DNA of 64,000 bases, from contig CAWJTV010000010.1 in the NCBI GenBank assembly GCA_963845755.1, forward strand, positions 1-64,000, read 5' to 3'. The position numbers were made by a program, and so were the translations under genes. This DNA comes from an uncultured Planctomycetota bacterium. Lineage in GTDB: Bacteria > Planctomycetota > Planctomycetia > Isosphaerales > Isosphaeraceae. The notes below the pieces were generated by a model, which saw nothing but the letters and a program-made list of their open reading frames with translations, was not told where the DNA came from and did not search any database. Positions 42,801 through 53,755 of this stretch are shown here, one piece after another (position 1 is the first letter of the stretch; every line of letters begins with the position of its first letter).

Positions 42801-45410
42801 CCGATACCTCCGCGACCAGCTCGCGCCTGAGGTCTGGTGGGACGGGCAGGGGCTTCGTACCTTCACGGATCACCGAGTCCCCATTCTCGGCCAGGTGTCG
42901 GTCGGCGGCCTCGTGACAGATATCCTGCGGAGCCTGGGGGTGAGCCCCGACGCCGCCATCGGTTACAGCATGGGCGAATCGTCGGCACTCGTCTCGTTGA
43001 GGGCCTGGCGCGATCGCGATGAGCTCTTTGTCCGACTGCGAGAATCACCGTTATTCCAATCGGAGCTCGCCGGTCCACTGCACGCCGCCCGCAGAGTCTG
43101 GGGAATCCCGCCGACAGATCCCGTCGAATGGGTAGCGGGCGTCGTGCCACGATCGGCCGAGGATGTCCGTCGGGCCATCGCCCGATCGAAGAGCGATCGC
43201 GTCTATGTCCTCATCAAGAACACGCGGGACGAAACGGTTGTGGGAGGATCCCGATCGGCCGTGGCGGAAGTCGCACACGCTTTGCAATGTTCATTCGTGG
43301 AGTTGACGACCGTCAGCACCGTACACTGCGAGATCGGCCGCGTCGTCGAAGCGGAATACCGCGCGTTGCACGAGATCGAGACCATCGCGCCCTCGAATAT
43401 CACGTTCTACAGTGGTATCACTGGCCGGCCGTATGATCTCAACAGTCGGACGGCTGCCGATGCGATCGCGGCCCAGGCTTCGCAGACCATCGACTTCCCG
43501 GCGCTGGTCGAACGAGCCTACGCCGACGGGGTCGGCGTCTTTATCGAGGTGGGTCCGGGCAGTTCATGCACTCGCCTGATCGATCGAATCCTCGGGTCTC
43601 GCCCTCACTTGGCTTGCTCGGCTTGCCGGCCTGATCGCGACCCACTTGCCGCCGTTCTCGATGTGCTTGGTCGATGCATCGCCAACCGCGTTCCCGTTGA
43701 CCTGGGCGGTCTATACGGCAAGTCGGTGGAGTCGGACGCGCTGGTGGCGACTCCCGGCAAAGTGCGGCCTCGCACCATCCGAGTCGATGTGGGTCTCAGG
43801 CCGTTCTCCGTACCCCCCCTACCCGCCCAATCCCGAACTCGAGATGAGGAAATCTCCTTGCCGACGCACCAGGCATCCGACGTGCCCAGCCCCGTCGTGA
43901 CGGAGGTGACGACTCCACAAAGTTCCTCCGGAACCCGGCGCTATCCCGCTCGCTCCACGATGCGGAACAGGCTCGCCTGCAAGCGCACCGGGCCTACTTG
44001 CGCGTGGCCGAGGGCGCCGCTGATCTGATCGGGAAGCATCTGTCCTACCAGCTCCGTCTGATCGAGGACTGGAGGGCGAAGCGAGTGCCGCATTCCACGT
44101 CGAGTCTCGAGGTGCCCGCCACGGAGTCCGTACTGCTCGGGCGTCCGCAGTGCCTCGAACTGGCGGTGGGCTCTGTGGCCGCGGTCTTCGGTCCGGAGTT
44201 CGCGGAGGTGGATCGTTTGCCGGTGCGAGTCCGCCTGCCGGACGAGCCGTTGATGCTCGTCGATCGCATCGTGAGCATCGAGGGCACGCCGCGATCGCTC
44301 CAGGGGGGGCGCATTGTCACCGAGCACGTGATCCAACCGGGAGCGTGGTACCTGGACGACGATCGCGTCGCGCCGTGCATCGCGATGGAGGCCGGTCAGG
44401 CCGACCTGGTTCTCTCGGGATACCTGGGTGTCGACTTCGAGACCCGGGGCCAGGCCATGTACCGGCTGCTCGACGCCACGGTGACCTTCCATGGTGGACT
44501 TCCCGACGTGGGTGCGGTGATTCGGTACGACATCCGGATCACGCGTTTCTTCCGTCAGGGGATGACGATCCTCTTCCAGTTCGAGTTCGAAGCGACCGTG
44601 GCCGGTGAACCGATCCTGACCATGCGCGATGGTTGTGCTGGATTCTTCACGCCCGAAGAGCTGGCTGCGGGCAAGGGGATCGTCCCCGCGAAGGTTGCGA
44701 AGCCCTTGCCGTCGATTCCTCGTTCGCGTCGCGACGAGCTGATCGCGATCACCCGCTCGCGACTTGGACCCTCGCAGGTGGAAGCCCTGCGGCGGGGCGA
44801 CCTGGCGACCGCGTTCGGGGGCCCGTTCGATCGGCTGAGGTTCTCCGATCCGGTCGTGTTGCCGGGTGGACGCATGACGCTGATTCACCGCGTGGAGACC
44901 CTCGATCCGTCGGGCGGGATCGCGGGTCTGGGCTTGATCCGCTCGGAGGCCGATATTCACCCCGGCGATTGGTTCATGGTCTGCCACTTCATCGATGATC
45001 GAGTCATGCCAGGAACGCTGATGTACGAGTGTTGCCTCCACACGCTCCGGATCTTCATGATGCGATTAGGCTGGATCGGCCCGCGTGGGGAGGTCGCGTT
45101 CGAGCCGGTGCCTGGCATCGCGAACCGGCTCCGTTGCCGTGGTCAGATCACGGAATCGACGAAGGTGGCCGGGTTCGAGATCACGATCAAGGAGCGAGGC
45201 TACCGGCCCGAACCTTACGCCATCGCCGACGCCCTGATCATCGCCGACGGCAAGCCGATCGTCTCGGTAACCGACCTGGCTCTCCAGCTCTCCGGCACGA
45301 ATCGCGATGAGCTGGAGCGGCTTTGGCGCGGCTGGGAAGGCGAGACCCCTGCCGCGCCTCTGCTCGGAGAGGCTCAGCGCGGTCCGCGCCTTTCGGGAGA
45401 TCTCCCATGA
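39815..45410 (+). CDS. Fused PfaB/C-type protein KS-CLF-AT-(pseudoDH-DH); frameshifts near 41895, 42350, 43940
   Basis: KS DAACASS, HATGT, GHAL; CLF-like domain (PQQSLML, TISCDETSG); AT GYSMG; FabA-like LPDEPLMLVDR and CHFIDDRVMPGTL. Confidence 0.88.
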
Positions 45411-46458
45411 ATTATTCGAAAGTTTACATTGATTCGATCGGCTATGAGATCGCGCCGGTCGTGGTCTCATCTTTGGAGCTCGAGCGACGCCTCAAGGACG
45501 TTTACTCGGCGCTGCACCTGGCCGAGGGGCAATTGGAAGCGTTGACGGGTATCCTCGAACGACGATGGTGGGAAGAAGTGTATCGTGTTTCGGACGGGGC
45601 CATCGCGGCGGCCCGGCGTGCTCTGGAAATCTCGAACGTAAGGGCGGACGATCTCGGCGCCCTGATCTACGGCGCGGTCTGCCGCGAGTATTTCGAACCC
45701 GCGACGGCATGCCGCGTGGCCTCCGGCATCGGGATCGGTCCGGAGGCTGCGGTCTACGACGTCAGCAATGCCTGTCTGGGCGTGCTCAATGGTCTGGTGG
45801 AGGTCGCCAATCGCATCGAGTTCGGCCAGATCCGCGCGGGGATGGTCGTCGCCTGCGAGACCTCGCGTGAGATCAATGAGATCGTCATCGAGCAATTGCT
45901 CCAGAATCGAAGCATGGAGTTCTTCAAGTCGTCGCTGGCTACCCTGACTGGTGGCTCGGGGGCCGTCGCGATGATTCTCACTGACGGCTCGTTTTCCACG
46001 TTCAAGGGTGCAAGCTACTGGGTAGTGTCTGGCGGACGGCTCCTCAGTTTAACGGGCTCTGCCGGTGGGGCATTGAATCTGCACATCCCGATGACCCTGG
46101 AAGAATCCGCCAGTTCACCGCGACAGACTCGGCGGCGGTCCTCTCGCACGGAGTCGAGCTGGGTGTCCAGACCTGGCGAGCTTTCTTGAAGGAGCTCGAC
46201 TGGTCGGCGGACGAGGTCGATAAGGTGATTTGCCATCAGGTTGGTTCGTCGCACCGTGACTCCATCCTGAAGAGGCTGGGTATGCCGAATTCCAAGGATT
46301 TCCCGACGTATCCCTACCTTGGGAACATGGGCACGGTCTCACTCCCCTTGACGGCCGGGCTGGCCGAGGACCGAGGATTCCTCGAGCCCGGCCACCGGGT
46401 CGCGTTCCTGGGAATCGGCAGCGGGTTGAACTGTATGATGCTGGGGTTGGAGTGGTAG
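45407..46458 (+). CDS. oleA: OleA acyl-CoA condensing enzyme (thiolase/FabH-like); frameshift(s) about 46005-46190
   Basis: [21 protein letters not shown] (catalytic Cys), LTGGSGA, CHQVG, GNMG, GIGSGLN. Confidence 0.9.
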
Positions 46459-46462
46459 TCAC

Positions 46463-47397
46463 ATGACCGGTGCCAACGCGACGATGAATCCGGTCTTGGA
46501 GCAGTTCCTGGGAGATCATCCCGGGCGGGATCTCGATCGCGACGGCTTGCGATTGCACTACATCGATGAGGGTTCCGGCGAGGCGGTCGTCATGCTCCAC
46601 GGCAACCCGACCTGGTCGTTCACCTATCGGCATCTGATCGAGGGCCTGCGAGATTCGTATCGCGTGATCGTGCCGGATCACATCGGTTGCGGCCTCTCCG
46701 ACAAACCCGACGATTCTCGTTATGATTACACGCTGGACAGTCGGGTTCGACGACCTCGAGCTTCTGCTCGACCGGCTGGGCCTCGATCGCGATCTGACCC
46801 TGGTGGTGCACGATTGGGGCGGCATCATCGGCATAACGTACGCGGCGCGGTATCCGGAGCGCATTGCGCGGCTGGTCGTTTGCAACACCGCGGCATTTCA
46901 CAAGCCCGCGAGAAAACCGTTCCCCTGGGCCCTGTCGTTGTTCCGGGACACACCGATGGGTAGTGGGCTAGTTCGAGGTCTCAACCTGTTCGTGCGGGGA
47001 ACAAGCTGGATCGGCTGCAAGAAGCGCCGGCTGTCTCGGATGGTACGCGACGCCTACGCCGCTCCGTATGATTCGTGGTTCCATCGGATCGCCATCCATC
47101 GATTTGTCCAGGACATCCCCTTGCGGCCTGTTCGACCGCACCTACGAGCGGATCTCGTGGGTCGAGTCGCGCCTTCCCCGGCTGGAGTCGATCCCGATGA
47201 TGATCGCGTGGGGGATGAAGGATTTCGTGTTCGATGCCCCGATTCTCGACGAATGGGTGCGCCGCTTTCCTCGCGCGGAGGTGCATCGATTCGCACAGGC
47301 CGGACACCTGGTACTGGAGGACGAACGCGAGGCAATGACCCCGTTGTTACGCTCGTTTCTCACGGCGCACCCCTTGATCCGGGAACCTCTCGGGTGA
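46463..47397 (+). CDS. oleB: OleB beta-lactone decarboxylase (haloalkane-dehalogenase-like alpha/beta hydrolase); frameshifts near 46748 and 47130
   Basis: [42 protein letters not shown]; position between oleA and oleC. Confidence 0.88.
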
Positions 47398-49123
47398 GTT
47401 CAGCTCCCACACTCTCGCCGCCTTCGAATATCGCGAACTACCTCGGCGCGATGGCTCGACGGCAGCCTCATATGCTGGCGGTCGTGGTGCCATCCGGCCG
47501 AGACCGGTCGGGTCGTGTGCGCTATGCGGCACCTGACCTATCGCCAGCTCGATCGGGACAGCGACGAGATCGCGCACGGCATGAGGGCCGTCGGCATGGC
47601 GCCGGGCTCCCGGGCGATCGTGATGGTGCGGCCGGGGCTGGATTTCTTCTCGCTGGTCTTCGCGGTGTTCAAGGCGGGCATCGTGCCGGTCCTGATCGAC
47701 CCGGGTATCGGAATACGCAACCTGGACCAGTGTTGTCGCGAGGCGGCGCCCGAGGCATTCATCGGGATCCCGAAGGCCGTGTGGGCGCGTCGAATCCTCG
47801 GTTGGGGACGAGGTACGATCCGCAAGATCATCCTCGTGGCGCCGGGCGGCGGACGCCTGGGATCGTTGGGAGCAACGACTCTCGATGATGTGCGGGAGGC
47901 GGGCCGCGATGCCTTGAAACGCGGCGATTCTGCTACCCTCGCCCTGGACCATCCCGGGCCGGACGAGATGGCCGCGATCCTCTTTACGAGCGGCAGCACC
48001 GGGTCGCCAAAAGGCGCGGTCTACACCCACGCGATCCTTGGGGCCCAGGTGGAGCGAATCCGGGATCTCTTCGCGATCGAGTCGGGCGAGATCGACCTTT
48101 GCACGTTCCCACTCTTCGCCCTCTTCGCGCCTGCGCTCGGGATGACGTCCATCGTTCCCGACATGGACCCGACTCGACCGGCTCGGGCCAATCCTGCGAA
48201 GATCGTCGAGGCGATCGAGGATTTCGGCGCGACCAATCTGTTCGGGTCGCCCGCCCTGCTCCGGCAGCTCGTCCGCGGAGAGGACACGTCGCTCGGGAGG
48301 CTGCCAAGCCTGAAACGAGTCGTCTCTGCCGGGGCCCCGGTGTCGGCCGCCGTCCTCGAGCGAATGGCCGCGCGCCTGGAGCCACCGGCTCAGATCTACA
48401 CGACTTACGGGGCGACCGAGGCTTTGCCAGTTGCGACTATCGGTACGGATGAAATCCTGGGGGAGACCCGCCACCTGACCGACCTGGGTCGGGGAGTCTG
48501 CGTCGGTCGGCCGGTGGAGGGGATCGATGCTCGGATCATCGGCATCTCCGACGAGGCCATCGCCGTCTGGTCGGACGATCTGCTGATTCCCGACGGCACC
48601 ATCGGCGAGATCGTCGTGTCGGGACCGGTCGTCACGCGCGAGTACTTCAACCGTCCCGAGGCCACGCGGCTGGCCAAGATCACCGACTCGGCTCGGTCGG
48701 TCATCTATCATCGCATGGGCGACGTGGGCTATCGTGATGACCGCGGCCGGGTCTGGTTCTGCGGGCGAAAGTCGCATCGCGTGATCTTGACCGATGAAAC
48801 GCTTTTCACCATCCCCTGCGAGGCGATCTTCAACACCCACCCCGAGGTCTTTCGGTCCGCACTGGTCGGCGTAAAGGGCGGCGCCGGGAGACCCGTGCCC
48901 GGCGCAATGATCCCGGTCATCTGCGTGGAGCTTCACCGCCGCCGGTCAGGGGAGGACCAGGAATCGATCCGCCGCGAGCTGCTGGAGCGCGCGCGCCCAG
49001 TTCGACCACACGCGAAGGATTCATGAGATCTTGTTTCATCCCTCCTTCCCCGTGGACATCCGCCATAATTCCAAGATTTTCCGCGAGAAGATCGCCGTTT
49101 GGGCCGCCAGGAGAATGTCGTGA
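47394..49123 (+). CDS. oleC: OleC beta-lactone synthetase (AMP-dependent ligase); frameshifts near 47528 and 48990-49030
   Basis: [57 protein letters not shown]. Confidence 0.9.
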
Positions 49124-50137
49124 ACCGGTCGGGATTAGGCCACGTGCTGGTGACCGGCGGCGGGGGGTTCCTCGGCACCGCCCTGGTCCGCTCACTGAGA
49201 GAACGCGGCTTGAATGTCCGCAGTCTGACGCGAAGGAATTACCCCCATCTCGGAGAGTTGGGTGTCGAACAGGTCCTGGGAGATGTCGCCGATCTCACGG
49301 CCGTTTCCCGCGCGATCGATGGTTGCGATACGGTCTTCCACACCGCGGCGAAGGCCGGCATCTGGGGGCCGGAACGGGAGTATTTCCAGGCCAATGTCGA
49401 AGGGACCCGGAACCTCATCGCGGCATGCCGTGAGGCCGGTTCCCGACGGATCATCTACACGAGTTCGCCCAGCGTCGTCTTCAACGGCAAGGACCTGGAA
49501 GGAGCGGACGAGTCTGCACCGTATTCCAGGAGGTTCGAGGCCGCTTATCCGGAGACCAAGGCACTGCGCCGAGCAGTTGGTCCTCGAGGCCAACTCCGCC
49601 GATCTGGCCACGGTCTCACTTCGGCCTCATCTGATCTGGGGACCGGGCGACAACAACCTCCTTCCGCGGATCATCTCTCGAGCTCGGTCGGGCCGATTAC
49701 GTCGAATTGGCCGGGGCCGTCCGCTCATCGACCCCGTTTATATCGACAACGCCGCCGAAGCCCACCTACTGGCCGCCGATCGGCTCGACCCAGGCTCGTC
49801 GATCGCTGGCAAGTCCTACTTCATCACCCAGGGCGAAACGATCCCACTCTGGGAGATGATCGACAGTTTGTTAGGGGCCGCGAAGATGGGTCCCGTCCGC
49901 CGGACGATCTCGCGCCCGCTCGCCCTGGCCGCCGCTGGCCTGCTGGAGGCCGCATATCGCCTCTCCGGCCGACGCGAAGAGCCCCCCATGACCCGCTTCC
50001 TGGCGCGTCAGCTCTCCACAACTCACTGGTTCAGCATCGCGGCCGCCCGCCGCGACCTGGGCTATGAGCCTCGGGTGAGCATCGCCGAAGGGCTGCGGCG
50101 GCTCGAAGAATGGCTCGAGGGGCATGCGGCGGCTTAA
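49120..50137 (+). CDS. oleD: OleD 2-alkyl-3-oxoalkanoate reductase (extended SDR); frameshift near 49565
   Basis: [42 protein letters not shown]. Confidence 0.9.
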
Positions 50138-50206
50138 CTCCTCAGGCTGCGTCGTTGGACGCAGATCCATCCCTCCGTTACGATCCAGTAAAGGGATCAA
50201 CCGCAC

Positions 50207-50794
50207 ATGCCCCAAGCCGCTCCGAATGTGGTCGTGCTGGGTGGACCCAACGGCGCGGGGAAAACGACCTCGGCTCCGAAAGTCCTGGAGGGCGCGCTGG
50301 GAATCGGCGAGTTCGTCAACGCGGACGTGATCGCTCAAGGTCTGTCCGGTTTTCGACCGGAACAGGCGGGGCTCGCCGCCGGTCGGATCATGCTGGCCCG
50401 GCTTCACGACCTCGCTCGTCAGAGGTGCAGCTTTGCCTTCGAGACCACCCTGGCCAGCCGGACGTTCGCTCCCTGGCTTGCTGATCTCATGTTGTCCGGA
50501 TATCAATTCCACCTGGTTTTCCTCTGGCTCCCGAGTGCCGATCTGGCCGTGGCGCGCGTCGCTGCGCGGGTGCAAGAAGGGGGACATAACGTCCCTGAGG
50601 TGACGATTCGTCGTCGTTTTGAGGCGGGTTTGTCGAGCTTCTTCCGACTCTATCAGCCGATTTCCACCACCTGGCAACTGTGCGATAATTCGGTGTCCGA
50701 CAATCCCAGGCTGATCGCCTCCGGCGAAGCGGCTCACACCCGGCTCGTCGTTGATTCCTCCGCATGGGAGCCGATCGAGAGGAGATATGGTTGA
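50207..50794 (+). CDS. Zeta-toxin-like/AAA P-loop ATPase (COG4185-like)
   Basis: GPNGAGKT Walker A, FVNAD, FETTL, RVQEGGHNVP. Confidence 0.85.
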   Translation: MPQAAPNVVVLGGPNGAGKTTSAPKVLEGALGIGEFVNADVIAQGLSGFRPEQAGLAAGRIMLARLHDLARQRCSFAFETTLASRTFAPWLADLMLSGYQFHLVFLWLPSADLAVARVAARVQEGGHNVPEVTIRRRFEAGLSSFFRLYQPISTTWQLCDNSVSDNPRLIASGEAAHTRLVVDSSAWEPIERRYG

Positions 50795-51030
50795 TGAGTA
50801 CGGACAAACCCAAGGATGTGCGTGCGATCATGCTCGAAACCGACCTTGTCGAGAAAGCTCTGCGCAAGGCGGTCACCGAGGCATTGATCCGGCACAAGCG
50901 CCTGGGCACGCCCATCGTGGTGTGGCGCGACGACAAGGTCGTCTGGATTCCGGCCGAGGAAATCGAGATCCCAGATGTAGACTGTCGAGAGATCGAAGCG
51001 GACAACGCTCGGGAATCTGTCAAAGGCTGA
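50794..51030 (+). CDS. Small partner protein of the zeta-like ATPase (putative antitoxin)
   Basis: ATG overlaps the upstream TGA; AVTEALIRHKRLGTPIVVWRDDKVVWIP resembles the small ORFs usually paired with this ATPase family. Confidence 0.7.
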   Translation: MSTDKPKDVRAIMLETDLVEKALRKAVTEALIRHKRLGTPIVVWRDDKVVWIPAEEIEIPDVDCREIEADNARESVKG

Positions 51031-51033
51031 GTC

Positions 51034-52281
51034 ATGGTCCAGTCGGTCTACGCCATCGCTACCATGGATACCAAGGGGCACGAACTGGCCTACGTGGCCC
51101 AGCAGCTCCACGCGGCGGGTGTCGCGGTCGTGACGGTCGACGTCGGAACGCTGGAGCCGCCGGTGATCCACCCGGATGTCGATCGAGCGACTCTGGCCTT
51201 CTGCCATCCCACGAAGGCCGGCCGTGACTTGGCCCTCTCGGCTCAGGCCGACCGCGGCCAGATGATCACTGCGATGGGCGAGGCTCTGGAAGTCTACCTC
51301 CGTCGCGAGCATGACGCGGGGCGGGTCGCCGGCGTGATTGGGATCGGGGGGAGCGGCGGTACGGTGCTGATCACGACTGCGATGCGCGCCCTGCCAATCG
51401 GTCTGCCCAAGCTGATGGTCTCCACCGTTGCCAGCGGAAATGTCGCCCCTTACGTGGGCTCGAGCGACATCACAATGATGTACTCGGTCGTCGACATCGC
51501 CGGATTGAACGCGGTCTCGCGCCGGGTCCTCGGCAACGCGGCCCATGCCATGGCCGGCATGGTCCAGCACCCGATCCCACCGGCCAACGACAAGCCGACG
51601 CTGGGCATGACGATGTTTGGCGTCACGACGCCTTGCGTGACGGCCGTGCGCGAGATGCTCGAAGCCGAGGGCTTCGAATGCCTCGTCTTCCACGCGACGG
51701 GGACCGGTGGACGTTCCATGGAGAAGCTCGTGGAAGCCGGCTTGATCCGTGGCGTCCTGGACATCACCACGACCGAGGTGGCCGACGAAGTGGTCGGCGG
51801 CATTTTGCCATGCGGCCCTCAACGCTTTGCGGCCATCATCCAGGCGAAGATCCCGTTCGTCCTCAGTCTCGGTGCCCTCGATATGGTCAACTTCGGGGCT
51901 CTGGCGACCGTGCCCGAACGGTTCCAGGGCCGTCGGCTGCACGTTCACAACGCTCAAGTAACCCTCATGCGAACGACTCCCGAGGAGAATCGTCAGTTCG
52001 CGCGCTGGATCGCGGCCAAGTTGAATCGTGCGGAAGCGCCGTTCCGGATCCTCATCCCGGAGGGGGGAGTCTCCGCGATTGACGCGCCGGGCCAACCGTT
52101 TCATGACCCGGAAGCCGATGCCGCCTTGTTCGACGAGCTGGAGTCGGCCGTGTTGCCGGCGCCCGGCCGTTCGATCCGACGAATGCCGCTTCCTATCAAC
52201 GATCCCACTTTCGCACGAGCCCTGGTCGAGGAATACCTCAGCCTGGACCGTGGCCAACCGGAGAGCAACCGTAATGCCTGA
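51034..52281 (+). CDS. Tm-1-like ATP-binding domain protein (UPF0261)
   Basis: [51 protein letters not shown]. Confidence 0.92.
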   Translation: MVQSVYAIATMDTKGHELAYVAQQLHAAGVAVVTVDVGTLEPPVIHPDVDRATLAFCHPTKAGRDLALSAQADRGQMITAMGEALEVYLRREHDAGRVAGVIGIGGSGGTVLITTAMRALPIGLPKLMVSTVASGNVAPYVGSSDITMMYSVVDIAGLNAVSRRVLGNAAHAMAGMVQHPIPPANDKPTLGMTMFGVTTPCVTAVREMLEAEGFECLVFHATGTGGRSMEKLVEAGLIRGVLDITTTEVADEVVGGILPCGPQRFAAIIQAKIPFVLSLGALDMVNFGALATVPERFQGRRLHVHNAQVTLMRTTPEENRQFARWIAAKLNRAEAPFRILIPEGGVSAIDAPGQPFHDPEADAALFDELESAVLPAPGRSIRRMPLPINDPTFARALVEEYLSLDRGQPESNRNA

Positions 52282-53134
52282 ATCGCGTGCAACGATCATG
52301 GAACGGCTCCGCAAGAAGGCGGCCGCGGGACTGCCGATCATCGGAGGAGGTGCCGGCACGGGAATCAGCGCCAAGTGTGAAGAAGCCGGCGGGATCGACC
52401 TGATTGTCATCTACAACTCGGGCCGATTCCGCATGGCCGGTCGTGGCTCGATGGCCGGCCTGATGCCGTATGGGAACGCCAACGCCATCGTCAAGGAGAT
52501 GGCCCACGAGGTCTTGACGGCGGTGCGGCATACTCCCGTGCTAGCCGGGGTCTGCGCCAGCGATCCATTCCTGCTCCGCGATCCGTTCCTCCGCGAGCTC
52601 CAGGACATGGGATTCGCCGGAATCCAGAACTTCCCGACGGTCGGACTGATCGACGGCGTCTTCCGCGCAAACCTCGAAGAGACCGGAATGGGCTTCTCCC
52701 TGGAGGTCGATTGCATCGCGGCGGCCCACCAGCTCGATCTGCTTACCACGCCGTATGCATTCGATCGGGAGCAGGCACGGCTGCTGGCCGAAGCCGGCGC
52801 CGACATCATCGTGGCCCACATGGGTCTGACAACCAAGGGGTCGATCGGCGCCCAGACGGCCAGGACTCTCGACGATTGCGTGCGCGAGGTCGCCGAAATT
52901 GCCGATGTGGCCAAGTTGGTCCGGAACGACCTCCTCGTGCTTTGCCACGGCGGACCGATCGCCATGCCCGAAGATGCCCAGTACATTCTGGACCGAGTGC
53001 CATCCATCGATGGCTTCTATGGCGCCAGCTCGATGGAGCGACTGCCCACCGAGGTCGCCATCGCCCAACAGGTCCGCGATTTCGTGAAGTTGAAACTCAC
53101 CCCAGGGACCCCTCGGTCATTGTCGAGCGATTGA
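52274..53134 (+). CDS. Phosphoenolpyruvate-hydrolase-like TIM-barrel protein (Tm-1 C-terminal domain homologue)
   Basis: [50 protein letters not shown]. Confidence 0.92.
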   Translation: MPESRATIMERLRKKAAAGLPIIGGGAGTGISAKCEEAGGIDLIVIYNSGRFRMAGRGSMAGLMPYGNANAIVKEMAHEVLTAVRHTPVLAGVCASDPFLLRDPFLRELQDMGFAGIQNFPTVGLIDGVFRANLEETGMGFSLEVDCIAAAHQLDLLTTPYAFDREQARLLAEAGADIIVAHMGLTTKGSIGAQTARTLDDCVREVAEIADVAKLVRNDLLVLCHGGPIAMPEDAQYILDRVPSIDGFYGASSMERLPTEVAIAQQVRDFVKLKLTPGTPRSLSSD

Positions 53135-53247
53135 TTCGTGTGCGGGTGATGTTGTAAGACGGTCTGTCCATCAGTCTCGATCTCGATCCAGGTCGCTCTT
53201 TCCATTAAGCGGACCGTTCTTCAGGGCCACATCTGCCGCCGATCACT

Positions 53248-53730
53248 TCATCTGTCCTCCGTCGCCGGAATCTGCCGCCGCATGGCTCGCGGGATTCTCA
53301 AGGCCGTGCCAACCCAGTAATCATGCAGGGTTGCGACCAGGTCGCGATACCGGGAATACTCGGACGGCTTTGTTATGTAGGTGTTGGCTCCGGCGTGATA
53401 GGTCTGGACGACGTCCTCATCGCGCTGCGAGGTCGTCAGGACGATTACGGGGATGATGCGCAGGTAGGGATCGCTCTTGATCTGCGTGAGGACCTGGCAG
53501 CCGTCGAGTCCGGGTAGATTCAGGTCGAGGAGGATGAGATCCGGCTCGCCTTCGTTCGGCACGGACTCCTCGCGCAGGCCGAAGAGGTAGTCGAGGGCGA
53601 TGCGCCCGTCCGGGATGACCGTGAGCCGGTGGGAGATCTCGCCCTCTCGCAGGGCCCGCTCGATGATCTTGGCATCCGCGCGGCTGTCTTCAATGAGCAG
53701 GATGTGGAATTCCGACAGCGTCGTGTTCAT
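53248..53730 (-). CDS. Single-domain response regulator (Rcp1-like)
   Basis: ILLIEDS, PDLILLDLNLPGLDG, LTTS, GANTYITKP. Confidence 0.9.
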   Translation of the reverse strand: MNTTLSEFHILLIEDSRADAKIIERALREGEISHRLTVIPDGRIALDYLFGLREESVPNEGEPDLILLDLNLPGLDGCQVLTQIKSDPYLRIIPVIVLTTSQRDEDVVQTYHAGANTYITKPSEYSRYRDLVATLHDYWVGTALRIPRAMRRQIPATEDR

Positions 53731-53755
53731 CCAGGGCCACCTGGTTGATCCGGGG

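Noticed and set aside
46463..47397. Haloalkane dehalogenase call
   Set aside because: Its position between oleA and oleC makes OleB the better assignment for this fold.
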